Source of the DNA: an uncultured Fimbriimonadaceae bacterium | Lineage (GTDB): Bacteria; Armatimonadota; Fimbriimonadia; Fimbriimonadales; Fimbriimonadaceae | Length of the DNA: 41,774 nucleotides | Assembly (NCBI GenBank): GCA_964405415.1 | Contig: CAYONY010000002.1 | Location: forward strand, 1-41,774 | Direction: 5' to 3' | In this document: piece after piece, positions 19,148 through 27,860 of the stretch | How positions within the stretch are numbered: position 1 is the stretch's first letter | How the letters are laid out: the number at the start of each line of letters is the position of its first letter | Made by a program: the position numbers and the translations under genes | The notes under the pieces: model-generated | Seen by the model: the letters and a program-made list of their open reading frames with translations, nothing else | Told to the model about the DNA's origin: nothing | The model's database searches: none

Positions 19148-20812
19148 CTAGGGCTTTCCAAGCAGTTCGCGGGCGTGCAGGCGGGCCGAATCGCCCACTT
19201 CTTCGCCCGCGAGCATGCGCGCCAGCTCTTCGATCCGCTCTCGATCTTCCAGCTTCCTGGCCGCCACCGTCGCCCGCCCTTGGCGTTCGATTTTTTCGAT
19301 GCGAAACTGGCTGGAGGCCGCGCCCGCAATCTGAGGGAGGTGGGTGATCGCCAAGATCTGGGCATGGCGCGCAAGGGCGTCGAGCTTTCGCGCCACCGTC
19401 GCGGCCGCCCGCCCTCCGAGTCCGGAATCAACCTCGTCGAAGATCAGCGTCGGCACGCCGGCCCGTCCCGCCAGCACCGATTTGATCGCAAGCATTGCCC
19501 TCGAGATCTCGCCCCCGCTGGCGATGCGGCTGAGCGGCTTGGGAGGCTCGCCGACGTTGGCCGAAAACAGAAATTCGGCGCCATCGGCGCCATCCGCTTC
19601 CGCCGGCTTGGCTTGGAATGCCACCGCAAAGCGAGCTCGCTCCATCGCCAACTCCTGCAGCTCCGCTTCGATCTGGCGGGCAAACTCGCCGGCTCGTTCG
19701 GATCGTAAGGCGGTCAGTTCCGCCGCGCGATGGTCAAGCTGGCTTCGGGCCGCCGCCTCGGATTGCGCCAGTTCGGTTTCCCCCTCCTCATCGGCCGTCA
19801 AGAGTTCAAGCTCCGCGCCCGCCGCCTCCCGAAAGGCGATGACCGCCGCCTCATCGTCGCCATACTTTCGCAGCAATCGCTTGATGAGGTCGATTCGCCC
19901 CGCCGTCTCCTCAAGCGAATCGGCATGGGCTTCGACCGTCTGCTCGTAGTGGCCGAGTTCGAGCAGGGCCTCATCGAGCAGGATCGCCGCCTGCTCCAAA
20001 GGGTCGCGTACGCGGGCCAGCGAGGCGTCGAGCCGCTCCGCATCCCGAAGCGATTGGAGAGCGCCGCCAACGAGATCGCGGGCCGCCGGTTCCCCCTCGA
20101 TGAGGGCTTGGCGTGCCCCGCCCGCGGTTTCCGCAAGCACTTCGGCGTGTTTGAGCCGCGCGAGCCGACCCTCCAATTCGGCAAGCTCACAGACTCTTGG
20201 AGCCACCCCATCGATTTCGTCGATCTGGTACCGCAGGAGATCGACCCGCTGCTCCCGTTCGCGCCGACCTAACCGAAGCGCCTGCAGCCTTCGATGCAGG
20301 GATTCCCAAGCCGCAAAATCGAGCTCAATTTGATGCCGCAGGGTTTCCGCAGGCTCGCCAATCCAGGCGTCGAGGTACGCCAAGTGCGCCCGCGGATCGA
20401 GCAAACTCTGGTGCTCGTGTTGGCCGTGAAGGTCGACCAACCGACGGCCGACTTCCCTTAGGGTCGCCACCGGCGCCAGCCGCCCTCCGATTCGGCACTG
20501 CGAGCGCCCCTCTGCAAAAACCTCCCGCTGAAGAAAGAGCATGCCCTCTTCCGGCTCCGCCCCCAATTCTTGGCACGCCGCGGCCACATCCGGGCGGGAA
20601 GAGAGGTCAACACTCACCGAAACCAACGCTCGAGCCGCCCCCGAACGTACGAGCGAGGCATCGGCCCGGGCCCCGAATGCCAATTCGAGCGCATCGACCA
20701 AAAGAGACTTGCCCGCCCCGGTCTCGCCGGTCAATGCCGAAAATCCGGGACCCAACCGCAGGTCGCACCGATCAATAATCGCCAGATTCTCAACGCTCAG
20801 TTCGACGATCAT
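19148..20812 (-). CDS. recN: DNA repair protein RecN
   Basis: N-terminus L.VENLAIID...GFSALTGETGAGKSLLVDAL, a long coiled coil, and the C-terminal signature SGGE.SR..LA plus LIFDEVD.G.GG. Confidence 0.95.
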   Translation of the reverse strand: MIVELSVENLAIIDRCDLRLGPGFSALTGETGAGKSLLVDALELAFGARADASLVRSGAARALVSVSVDLSSRPDVAAACQELGAEPEEGMLFLQREVFAEGRSQCRIGGRLAPVATLREVGRRLVDLHGQHEHQSLLDPRAHLAYLDAWIGEPAETLRHQIELDFAAWESLHRRLQALRLGRREREQRVDLLRYQIDEIDGVAPRVCELAELEGRLARLKHAEVLAETAGGARQALIEGEPAARDLVGGALQSLRDAERLDASLARVRDPLEQAAILLDEALLELGHYEQTVEAHADSLEETAGRIDLIKRLLRKYGDDEAAVIAFREAAGAELELLTADEEGETELAQSEAAARSQLDHRAAELTALRSERAGEFARQIEAELQELAMERARFAVAFQAKPAEADGADGAEFLFSANVGEPPKPLSRIASGGEISRAMLAIKSVLAGRAGVPTLIFDEVDSGLGGRAAATVARKLDALARHAQILAITHLPQIAGAASSQFRIEKIERQGRATVAARKLEDRERIEELARMLAGEEVGDSARLHARELLGKP

Positions 20813-20915
20813 GGATTTTGAGGACGCCGGCCCCGATTGGCCCGAATGTCAGAATACTTCGCAGCCGGGCGCCAAAACGCGTACCGGACGCTCAAAACGC
20901 TTCGCGAGCATCTGC

Positions 20916-21824
20916 ATGCCCAACGCGCCCGAGAACGCTCATTTGGCCCGCCGGGCCGCCAGCCTTTCCCTGGCCTCGACGGTCGTCGTGGTCGGCGTCA
21001 AGCTCCTTGCCGCTTGGAAAAGCGGGAGCATCAGCGTTTTGGCCGAAGCCGTTCAATCGATCGTGGACATCCTTATGTCCGCGCTTGCCGTGGCCACCAT
21101 CGCCTATGCGGCGCGGCCTCCGGATGAAGAGCATCCCTATGGCCACGGCAAGGCCGAAGTGCTGGCGGGGGCCCTGCAAATGCTGGTGATCCTAGGCAGC
21201 GGCATCTATATCCTTTACGAAGCCTATCGGCGGCTGCTCGCCCCCCAACCCATCGCGTGGGATTGGGGCGCCGCCGCAATGGCCTACGCCCTCGCGGCAA
21301 ACCTTGCGGTTGCGGTCCACTTGCGCCGAGTTGCCAAGAGAACCGAATCGACGGCCCTGGAATCCGAAGCCTTACACCTCAAGGGCGATTCCATCTCTTC
21401 AGCCGGCGTTTTGGCGGGCATGCTGCTCGTCGGGGCCACCGGCCAACCGATTCTCGATCCCGTCGTGGCGGCCGTCTTCACGGTTCTGGCAATGGCCCAG
21501 GCCGCTGCCCAGCTCAAACATGTCCTCCACCCCCTGATGGACGGGGCCCTTCCCCCCGGCGAATTGGCTCGGCTAAAACAGCTTCTAGAGGCCCATGAAG
21601 CGGTCCGTGGCTTTCACAACATCCGTACCCGGCAAGTGGGAAACCAGCGTTGGATCGAGCTCCACGTCCTGTTCGACGACGCTCTGACCTTTGTCGACGC
21701 CCACGACCTGGCCGAACACTTGGAGAAGGAACTCAAATCGGCCCTTGGCGGCGCCATTGTGAGCATCCATTACGAGCCTTTCGAAGCGGAGGTCGCGCAT
21801 CGAGCCCGCGAACATCGCGACTAA
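20916..21824 (+). CDS. cation diffusion facilitator (CDF) family metal efflux transporter
   Basis: SGSISVLAEAVQSIVD (TM2 metal site), HPYGHGKAE, and LHLKGDSISS (TM5 H/D site) with a C-terminal cytoplasmic domain. ATG at 20916. The upstream ORF extension overlaps recN. Confidence 0.9.
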   Translation: MPNAPENAHLARRAASLSLASTVVVVGVKLLAAWKSGSISVLAEAVQSIVDILMSALAVATIAYAARPPDEEHPYGHGKAEVLAGALQMLVILGSGIYILYEAYRRLLAPQPIAWDWGAAAMAYALAANLAVAVHLRRVAKRTESTALESEALHLKGDSISSAGVLAGMLLVGATGQPILDPVVAAVFTVLAMAQAAAQLKHVLHPLMDGALPPGELARLKQLLEAHEAVRGFHNIRTRQVGNQRWIELHVLFDDALTFVDAHDLAEHLEKELKSALGGAIVSIHYEPFEAEVAHRAREHRD

Positions 21825-22786
21825 GGCCGAGAGCCAACGGCATCAGTGCGACGGTAAGCCGGAAAGTACGTGTCGTCGTGACCTTTCGAAAACCGTGCGT
21901 AGGCCTCCCGGTCAAAGATGCGCCCGCAAAGGTAGGCGGGGGCCGACTCGTTGGCCCATCCGGACTTAAATCGACTGAGCCCATCCGAAACGTTTGCCGC
22001 CAGCCCCGCTCCGCCCCCGAGAAGCACCCGCTCGATGCCCTGAGAGGCCAAATCGTGCAAAGCCCGATCAAACAGCGCAAACATGGCGCCGGCCCGGAGT
22101 CCTGCATCGGAAGCCGCGCCCAAGTGGTAATAAGCGCGGTCGCCATCTCGGAGCCAAAGCGTCATGCCGACCGGTTCGCCCGCCGACCAAGCCCGGTAAA
22201 CCGCAAGGCTGGGTATCGCGAACTGGGCGGCAAAGGCCGATTCCGAGAACGCCGAAATGCCGGAAATCGCTTTGCGAACGCACAGTTCCCGATAAAGTCG
22301 AAGCCAGTCCGACAGCGCATGGCGAGGCGTCTCAACGCGTTCGACGTCCACGTGGCGCGCCGCCTCGCGCAGATTTCGACGGTGCCCTTCGGGCCATGGC
22401 CCTTCAAAGCGCCCTCGCATACGAACGACGAAGTGGTCCTTGAACGGGCGGCAAAGGTCGGGAAAAGATTGGTTTAGCACGGTCGGCGGAGCGGTTAGAG
22501 GATCGGCGACCGCGGTCAAGCTGACCCAATCGACTTCCATGGCGCCCATCTCTCGGCCAAATGCGGCCCAATCCGTCACGCTGAGCAGGGGGTAGGGCCC
22601 TCGGGCATCACGCCGTTCGGTTCCTTCGAGCGCTTGAACCAGCAAGCCGGCCCCGCTGGCCGGCAGGTGAACCGGCTCGCCATATTCAGCCAGGCTCGCC
22701 AGATATCGAGGATCGCCATAAGCTCCCATATCCGTTGAAATCTTCGGCTTCCGGCAGACCCAAGGGTAGATCAAGCTAAAGGACAT
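21821..22786 (-). CDS. FemAB-like GNAT acyl/aminoacyl-transferase family protein (Acetyltransf_6/CelD-like)
   Basis: C-terminal YYHLGAS...A...L.......G....LGGG.G......GL..FK.G...... pattern typical of this family. Start uncertain (ATG 22786 or 22729). Confidence 0.6.
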   Translation of the reverse strand: MSFSLIYPWVCRKPKISTDMGAYGDPRYLASLAEYGEPVHLPASGAGLLVQALEGTERRDARGPYPLLSVTDWAAFGREMGAMEVDWVSLTAVADPLTAPPTVLNQSFPDLCRPFKDHFVVRMRGRFEGPWPEGHRRNLREAARHVDVERVETPRHALSDWLRLYRELCVRKAISGISAFSESAFAAQFAIPSLAVYRAWSAGEPVGMTLWLRDGDRAYYHLGAASDAGLRAGAMFALFDRALHDLASQGIERVLLGGGAGLAANVSDGLSRFKSGWANESAPAYLCGRIFDREAYARFSKGHDDTYFPAYRRTDAVGSRP

Positions 22787-22845
22787 CCGCGAACTTCTCG
22801 CGAATCTCGGCGTTGGCGGCCGAACTGAACTGGAGTCGAACCCTC

Positions 22846-25380
22846 ATGCCCGCTCAAAAACCGAAGCCCAACCCCCCGCTGAAAGCCGTCGTCATGGCCG
22901 GCGGCGAGGGCTCGCGGCTGCGCCCGATCACGTCGAACCGGCCCAAACCGCTCGTCCCCGTCGGCAACATGCCGATCATGGAGCACATCCTCGGCCTGCT
23001 CAAGCGCCACGGCATCACCGACGTCGTGGCCACCCTTCACTTCCTTGCCGACGAGATTCAGAACTACTTTGGCGACGGCTCCGAGTTCGGAGTGAACCTG
23101 ACCTACAGCATCGAGGACACCCCCCTCGGAACGGCGGGAAGCGTCAAGCAAGCGGAAGACCAACTCAAAGACGGCACCTTCGTCATCATCTCGGGCGATG
23201 CCCTCACCGATTGCGATCTCCAAAAGGCGATCGCGTTCCACCGGGCCAAAAAGAGCCAAGCGACCCTCGTACTCTACCGCGTGCCGAACCCGCTTGAATT
23301 CGGCGTGGTGATCACCGCCGATGATGGCCGCGTCGTTCGATTCTTGGAAAAGCCGAGCTGGTCCGAAGTCTTTTCCGATACCGTCAACACCGGGATTTAT
23401 ATCCTCGAACCGGAAGTCTTCGCCCGGATGGAGCCGGGCAAGAACTACGATTGGAGCCAGCACATCTTCCCCCAAATCCTTCGCGATGGCGGCCCGATCT
23501 ATGGCTACGTCATGGAAGACTATTGGGCCGATGTCGGCTCGCTCAGCCAGTATCGAGAAGCTCAGGAGCACCTGCTCTCCGGTCGGGTCAACCTTCCAAT
23601 TTCCGGCGATGAGATCTCTCCCGGCGTCCATGCGGGTCCGAATTGCCAGATCGACGAACACGCGGTGCTCGTGCCGCCGGTGAGCTTTGGCCGGAACTGC
23701 AAAATCAAAGCCGGCGCGCGAATCGGCCCCTACACCGTCCTTGGCGACAACGCCTTCGTCGAAGAGAACGCCTCCATCGAGCGTTCCGTGCTGTGGGATA
23801 GCGCCTACATCGGGCCCAACGTCGCCATCCACTCTGCCATATGTGGTTCTCGCGTCACCATCAAGCGCGATACGGTTATCCATGAAGATGCGGTGGTCGG
23901 CGACCGCTGCCTGCTCGATGTCGGCTGTCTCATTCGCCCTCGCGTGAAGCTTTGGCCGGACAAGATCATCGAACGGGGCTCCACCGTGACGATGTCGCTG
24001 GTCTGGGGCAACCGTTGGCGCGGCAATCTCTTTCGCGACCTCGGCGTGGCCGGGCTCTCCAACATCGAAATCACGCCCGATTTCGCGTGCCGTCTGGGGG
24101 CCGCGTTCGGTTCCTGTTTCCCCGCCCGAAGCCGCATCGTCACGAGTCGCGACAGCACGCGCAGTTCTCGAATGATCAAACGGGCCATGGTCGCGGCCCT
24201 GCTCGGCGCTGGGTGCGACGTGCTCGATCTGCGATCGGCGGCGGTGCCGATTGCGCGCCACTACATCCGGGCCTCTGGCGCCACGGGGGCCATCAACGTC
24301 CGAAAGCTCCCCGGCAACTCCCGCGTCACGCTCATCGAAATGTTCGATGCGCGCGGCGCCTATTTGCCCCAGAGCATGGAACGAAAGGTCGAAACCGCCT
24401 TTTTCCGCGAAGATTTCAATCGCACCGATCCCGACGACCTGGGCGTCATCGAAGAGGTCACGCGGGCGGTCGAGGGCTATCAAGTCGATTTCTTCCGACA
24501 TCTGGGCGACCGCAAAGCCAAGTCGAGAATGCAGGTGGTTTGCGACTATGGCTACTCGCCGCTCGGCGCCGTGTTTCCGGCGATGCTGGGAAGGCTAGGC
24601 GTGGAGTCGATCAGCCTGAACGGCTATCACGATGCGAAAATGGCCCCCCGAACGCCGCCCGAACTTGAAAAGCATGTCCAATCGGTGCGGCAAATCGTCG
24701 ATTCCATCGGCTGCGACCTCGGCGTGCTCTTCGTGGAAGAAGGCGAACGGCTGGCCGTCGTCGACGATCAGGGCCGGGTGCTCAGCGGAAATGAGCTCTT
24801 TGCCGCGCTCTGCCTCTTGGTCGCCAAAACCGCCAGCTCGCCCTCGATCGCGATGAGCGTCACCGCGCCATCCCGGTTGGAAGCGATGCTCCGCAAAGAA
24901 GGGGTTCAGGTGCTGCGGACCAAAGCCGACACCCGGTCCCTCATGCACTCGAGCCTCGAAGCCGGCGTCACCTTTGCCGGCGACGATCGGGGCGGCTTCA
25001 TCTTTCCCGAAATGCACCCAGGTTTCGATGCCATGTTCACCTTCGCCCGACTCCTGACCATGCTCCAGGAATCGGGCGAAAAGCTCAGCGCGGTGGCCGA
25101 TCGGCTTCCCGTCTTCCCGATGGCCTATGAGCAAGTGCGGTGCCCCTGGGAATCCAAAGGGGCCGTGATGCGCCAGATCAGCCGCGAGGGCCGCAACGGC
25201 GGGAAGGTGGAGCTGCTCGATGGAATCAAGATCTTCGAGGGCGACCGGTGGGTGCTCGTCCTGCCCGATGCGGTGGAGCCCCTTTTCCACGTTTATGCGG
25301 AAACGGAAGCGGAAGACGCGAGCCGGGGCCTGGTCGAGGAGTATGTTCGACGCATCGAGGGCTACGTCGGCGCGCCGTGA
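22846..25380 (+). CDS. bifunctional sugar-1-phosphate nucleotidyltransferase (GMP/RmlA-like, with left-handed beta-helix) fused to a phosphomannomutase/phosphoglucomutase-like domain
   Basis: N-terminus KAVVMAGGEGSRLRPIT..RPKPLVP, then hexapeptide repeats in the middle and PGM/PMM-like C-terminal domains. ATG at 22846 preferred over 22813. Confidence 0.88.
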   Translation: MPAQKPKPNPPLKAVVMAGGEGSRLRPITSNRPKPLVPVGNMPIMEHILGLLKRHGITDVVATLHFLADEIQNYFGDGSEFGVNLTYSIEDTPLGTAGSVKQAEDQLKDGTFVIISGDALTDCDLQKAIAFHRAKKSQATLVLYRVPNPLEFGVVITADDGRVVRFLEKPSWSEVFSDTVNTGIYILEPEVFARMEPGKNYDWSQHIFPQILRDGGPIYGYVMEDYWADVGSLSQYREAQEHLLSGRVNLPISGDEISPGVHAGPNCQIDEHAVLVPPVSFGRNCKIKAGARIGPYTVLGDNAFVEENASIERSVLWDSAYIGPNVAIHSAICGSRVTIKRDTVIHEDAVVGDRCLLDVGCLIRPRVKLWPDKIIERGSTVTMSLVWGNRWRGNLFRDLGVAGLSNIEITPDFACRLGAAFGSCFPARSRIVTSRDSTRSSRMIKRAMVAALLGAGCDVLDLRSAAVPIARHYIRASGATGAINVRKLPGNSRVTLIEMFDARGAYLPQSMERKVETAFFREDFNRTDPDDLGVIEEVTRAVEGYQVDFFRHLGDRKAKSRMQVVCDYGYSPLGAVFPAMLGRLGVESISLNGYHDAKMAPRTPPELEKHVQSVRQIVDSIGCDLGVLFVEEGERLAVVDDQGRVLSGNELFAALCLLVAKTASSPSIAMSVTAPSRLEAMLRKEGVQVLRTKADTRSLMHSSLEAGVTFAGDDRGGFIFPEMHPGFDAMFTFARLLTMLQESGEKLSAVADRLPVFPMAYEQVRCPWESKGAVMRQISREGRNGGKVELLDGIKIFEGDRWVLVLPDAVEPLFHVYAETEAEDASRGLVEEYVRRIEGYVGAP

Positions 25381-25393
25381 GCCCTTGGCCCCG

Positions 25394-25428
25394 CCCATTA
25401 GTTGTAAGCGCAAGTAATGGGATAGAAT
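25394..25428 (+). promoter_or_regulatory. inverted repeat CCCATTA-N14-TAATGGG overlapping a TAGAAT -10 box (candidate MarR operator/promoter, or terminator of the upstream gene)
   Basis: Arms at 25394-25400 and 25415-25421, TAGAAT at 25423-25428. The TTG start at 25430 and the in-frame GTG at 25436 follow immediately. Confidence 0.4.
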
Positions 25429-25429
25429 C

Positions 25430-25909
25430 TTGAGCGTGTCCAAAGCACTTGCCGAACCCCAAAAGGAGGCTTGGGTGGCCTTGCTGCTGGCCCATTCGGC
25501 GGTCCACCGGGTGATCGATGGCGCGCTTCGGGCCGAAGGTCTGGCTTCCTTGGAGGTCTATGACGTTTTGCTGGCCCTCGAGGAAGCGCCGGGCCACGTG
25601 ATGCGCATGGGCGATCTGGCCGATGCGGTGATCTACAGTCCAAGCGGGTTGACCCGGCTGATCGACCGCATGGAACGCAGCGGTCTGGTGGCGCGAAAAG
25701 CCTGCCCGGGCGATCGCCGCGCGGTGCACATCGCCCTCACTTCGGAGGGCCGAAAGGCTCGGGAAGGGACGTGGCCGCGCTATGCGGCGCTCATCCAGGA
25801 GCATTTCGGCCGCTTCCTTTCGGATGAAGAGGCTCGCGGTGTCGCCGGCGCCTTGGCCAAGGTGGAGGGCGTTCCCGGCCTCCGCCGCCGCTGTCCCTCA
25901 AGCAAATAG
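25430..25909 (+). CDS. MarR family transcriptional regulator
   Basis: Winged-helix region MRMGDLADAVIYSPSGLTRLIDRMERSGLVARKACPGDRRAVHIALT.EG. Start is TTG 25430 or GTG 25436. Confidence 0.85.
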   Translation: MSVSKALAEPQKEAWVALLLAHSAVHRVIDGALRAEGLASLEVYDVLLALEEAPGHVMRMGDLADAVIYSPSGLTRLIDRMERSGLVARKACPGDRRAVHIALTSEGRKAREGTWPRYAALIQEHFGRFLSDEEARGVAGALAKVEGVPGLRRRCPSSK

Positions 25910-25924
25910 TCCGCTCCCCTTTCT

Positions 25925-25987
25925 CCTCACACCTCACTCCTCACTCCTCACTCCTCACTCCTCACTCCTCACTCCTCACTCTCCTCT
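25925..25987 (+). repeat. heptanucleotide tandem array (CCTCACT), 7 perfect copies plus degenerate flanks
   Basis: Perfect units at 25932-25980, with degenerate CCTCACA before and CTCCTCT after. It lies between the convergent marR-type and queC genes. Confidence 0.97.
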
Positions 25988-25993
25988 CCCCTC

Positions 25994-26782
25994 TCACGCC
26001 AGCGCGGGATCGACGAGCCCAAGCTCGGCAAACGCTCGCCCGCGAATCTGGCAGCTGTCGCACCGGCCGCAGGCCCGCCCGGCCTGGTCAGGGGCGTAGC
26101 AGGAGTGGGTCAGCGCAAAATCGACCCCGAGTTCAAGCCCTCTTTCGATGATTTCCGCCTTCGTCAGCTCGATGAGCGGAGCGTGAACGTGGAACGACTC
26201 ACCTTCTATCCCCATTTTGGTGGCGAGGTTGGCGAGGCGTTCGAAAGCCTCCAGGAATTCGGGGCGGCAGTCCGGATAGCCGCTGTAATCCACCGCGTTC
26301 ACCCCCAGGAAGAGGTCGTGGGCGCCCAGGGTTTCCGCGTAGGCGAGGGCAAGGCTCAGAAAGACGGTGTTCCGCGCCGGCACGTAAGTGACAGGTATCT
26401 CGGATGGGGAAGGCGACGCGCGATGCGTGAGACGAGATGGATTCGGGGAAGTAGCCTCGCTCGTTAACTTATCGCCGATCGTTCGTCGTTCGCTCCCTTC
26501 GACCTTCGTCCTTCGACCTTCGACCTTGATTTCCCGATCCATCGGCACCGGAATGTCGTCGGTCAGGGCCGAGCCGCCAAAAGCGTCGAGCGGAACCGCG
26601 ACGACCTTGTGGCTTGCCGCCCCGAGCGCAAAGGCCACCCGACGGGCCGCTTCCATCTCGACCGCATGCCGCTGGCCGTAGGCGAGCGTGAGGGCATGCG
26701 CCGCAAAGCCCTCCTTCAACGCGTGGGCGAGGGTGACCGCGGAATCGAGCCCTCCGCTGAGCAGGACGACGGCTTTCGGCAC
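25994..26782 (-). CDS. queC: 7-cyano-7-deazaguanine synthase QueC, carrying a ~40-aa in-frame insertion
   Basis: GTG start. SGGLDS PP-loop, [21 protein letters not shown] and C-terminal Cys cluster CY...C..C..C. Insertion at aa 81-128 relative to E. coli QueC as recalled. Confidence 0.9.
   Translation of the reverse strand: MPKAVVLLSGGLDSAVTLAHALKEGFAAHALTLAYGQRHAVEMEAARRVAFALGAASHKVVAVPLDAFGGSALTDDIPVPMDREIKVEGRRTKVEGSERRTIGDKLTSEATSPNPSRLTHRASPSPSEIPVTYVPARNTVFLSLALAYAETLGAHDLFLGVNAVDYSGYPDCRPEFLEAFERLANLATKMGIEGESFHVHAPLIELTKAEIIERGLELGVDFALTHSCYAPDQAGRACGRCDSCQIRGRAFAELGLVDPALA
26481..26530. repeat. two adjacent heptamer mini-arrays inside queC: (GTTCGYY)x2 then (CCTTCGA)x4-5
   Basis: GTTCGTC GTTCGCT at 26481-26494. 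CCTTCGA, CCTTCGT, CCTTCGA, CCTTCGA, CCTTGAT at 26496-26530. Confidence 0.9.
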
Positions 26783-26803
26783 GCCCTATTGTGAATCGAG
26801 AAG

Positions 26804-27421
26804 TTGGCGTACACTTTCCATGTGAGCGACGTCGTGCATGAATCGGTCGCGGCCTACGGGGCGGTGCCTCGGCGTATGACCGTGCGGGAGTATTACCTTG
26901 CCGCGGATAAGGGGGTGTTTCGGGATGATGAGCGGCTGGAACTGCTTCGGGGCGAGGTGGTGCGATTGAGTCCGCAGAAAGTTCCCCATGCCTGGTCGTC
27001 GTGGAGCCTCCTCGAGGCCCTTCGAACGGTCTTTCCGCGCCACCTGGTGCGGGGCCATTCTCCATTTCGGCTCGACGAGTTCAATGAACTCGAGCCCGAC
27101 ATCTTGGTGGCGCGAGGTCCCGCAAATCAATACAGAGATCGGCACCCGGGACCGGACGACGCGCTCCTGGTCTGTGAAATCGCCGACACCTCCCTCAAAA
27201 AAGACGTCGGCCTGAAGGCTGGGCTCTATGCCGAATTCGGGATTCCCGAATACTGGGTCCTCGATCTCAAGGGCCGGCGGCTTCTCGTGTTCCGCGACCC
27301 CCAAACCGGCAAGTCCGGCAAAGCCGCGTATGGCGTCTCCGAGGTTCGGAGTCCCGAAGAAAACGCCGTCCCCACCCTCGGGAATGGAAAGGGCGTGAAA
27401 GTAGCCGACCTGTTGCCGTAA
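26804..27421 (+). CDS. Uma2 family (DUF820) putative endonuclease
   Basis: TVREYY...ELLRGEVV.LSP, EPDILV, LVCEIADTS...D...K...YAEFGIPEYWVLDL pattern. TTG 26804 is the longest start. ATG 26876 (MTVREYY) is plausible and would relieve the 21-nt divergent gap to queC. Confidence 0.8.
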   Translation: MAYTFHVSDVVHESVAAYGAVPRRMTVREYYLAADKGVFRDDERLELLRGEVVRLSPQKVPHAWSSWSLLEALRTVFPRHLVRGHSPFRLDEFNELEPDILVARGPANQYRDRHPGPDDALLVCEIADTSLKKDVGLKAGLYAEFGIPEYWVLDLKGRRLLVFRDPQTGKSGKAAYGVSEVRSPEENAVPTLGNGKGVKVADLLP

Positions 27422-27650
27422 CTTCAAGGCTTAAGGAAACTCCTCTTCGGCAATCCCGTGCTCCGATGGCTTGGCCCTCGGTCCCTATTTTGTAGCGGCC
27501 CTGAAAAACAAATCCACCGGGTTTACAAACCTCATCTTCGGCCCTTGACTAACGAGAACACTCATACGTAATCCGAACCCGACCCATCGGGAAAGCCAAT
27601 TCCGCGAATTCCCCGCGCTTCACTCTTCGACCCGATTTCTGGCCTTGGTT

Positions 27651-27796
27651 CGTGAACGCATGAATGACGCGTAAGCCGGCTCTCGGCGTCCGTGAACTCG
27701 CCGTTGAACCTGCCGACAGATGAAAGGGTCGATGAACCCCTGCGTGAACGAACGCGTGAACCGCTTCCCGCGACACAAGCGTAGAATCGTGAAACG
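27651..27796. repeat. degenerate array of about 9 (C/A)(G/T)TGAA(C/A/T) motifs, four to five with 12-nt periodicity
   Basis: TGAA cores at 27653, 27661, 27693, 27705, 27721, 27733, 27745, 27757 and 27790, inside a 445-nt gene-free spacer. Confidence 0.8.
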
Positions 27797-27837
27797 TAGG
27801 ACCGACGAGGTCTTGATCGGACGGGCGAAGCGGGAGC

Positions 27838-27860
27838 CTCCGAGCCTTTAAAGCTCGGAG
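27838..27860 (-). terminator. hairpin immediately downstream of the M48 peptidase stop
   Basis: CTCCGAGC (27838-27845) pairs with GCTCGGAG (27853-27860), with loop CTTTAAA. No clear U tract on the minus strand. Confidence 0.35.

Noticed and set aside
20541-20915. N-terminal extension of the CDF transporter ORF
   Set aside because: It overlaps recN on the opposite strand and encodes low-complexity sequence. CDF homology starts after ATG 20916.
20813-20915. LexA/SOS box upstream of recN, or a metal riboswitch upstream of the CDF gene
   Set aside because: I found no CTGT-N8-ACAG, GAAC-N4-GTTC or GTTC-N7-GTTC motif, and nothing resembling the czcD (NiCo) or yybP-ykoY motifs by eye. This cannot be excluded without covariance-model searches.
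22771-24501. 576-aa ORF antisense to the nucleotidyltransferase/PMM fusion gene
   Set aside because: Shadow ORF with Asp/Arg/Gly/Ala-rich composition. The plus-strand frame has the GGxGxRLxPxT nucleotidyltransferase signature.
25925-25987. Heptamer arrays as a CRISPR array or minisatellite-encoded peptide
   Set aside because: The units are 7 nt and directly abutting with no spacers, and no cas genes are present. This is incompatible with CRISPR architecture.
25782-26099. 105-aa ORF reading through the CCTCACT array (LLTPHSSLLTPHSS...)
   Set aside because: It is an artefact of an open frame across a tandem repeat. It also overlaps the 3' ends of both the MarR gene and queC.
26783-26803. preQ1 riboswitch upstream of queC
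   Set aside because: Only 21 nt separate queC from the divergent ORF, and no preQ1-type hairpin with an A-rich tail is visible.
27549-27776. 75-aa His-rich ORF (AVHAFVHAGVH...) in the long spacer
   Set aside because: The VH repeats are simply the complement of the GTGAAC motif array. Third-position composition is mixed, unlike real genes here. It has a GTG start, no RBS and no family resemblance, so I treat it as non-coding.
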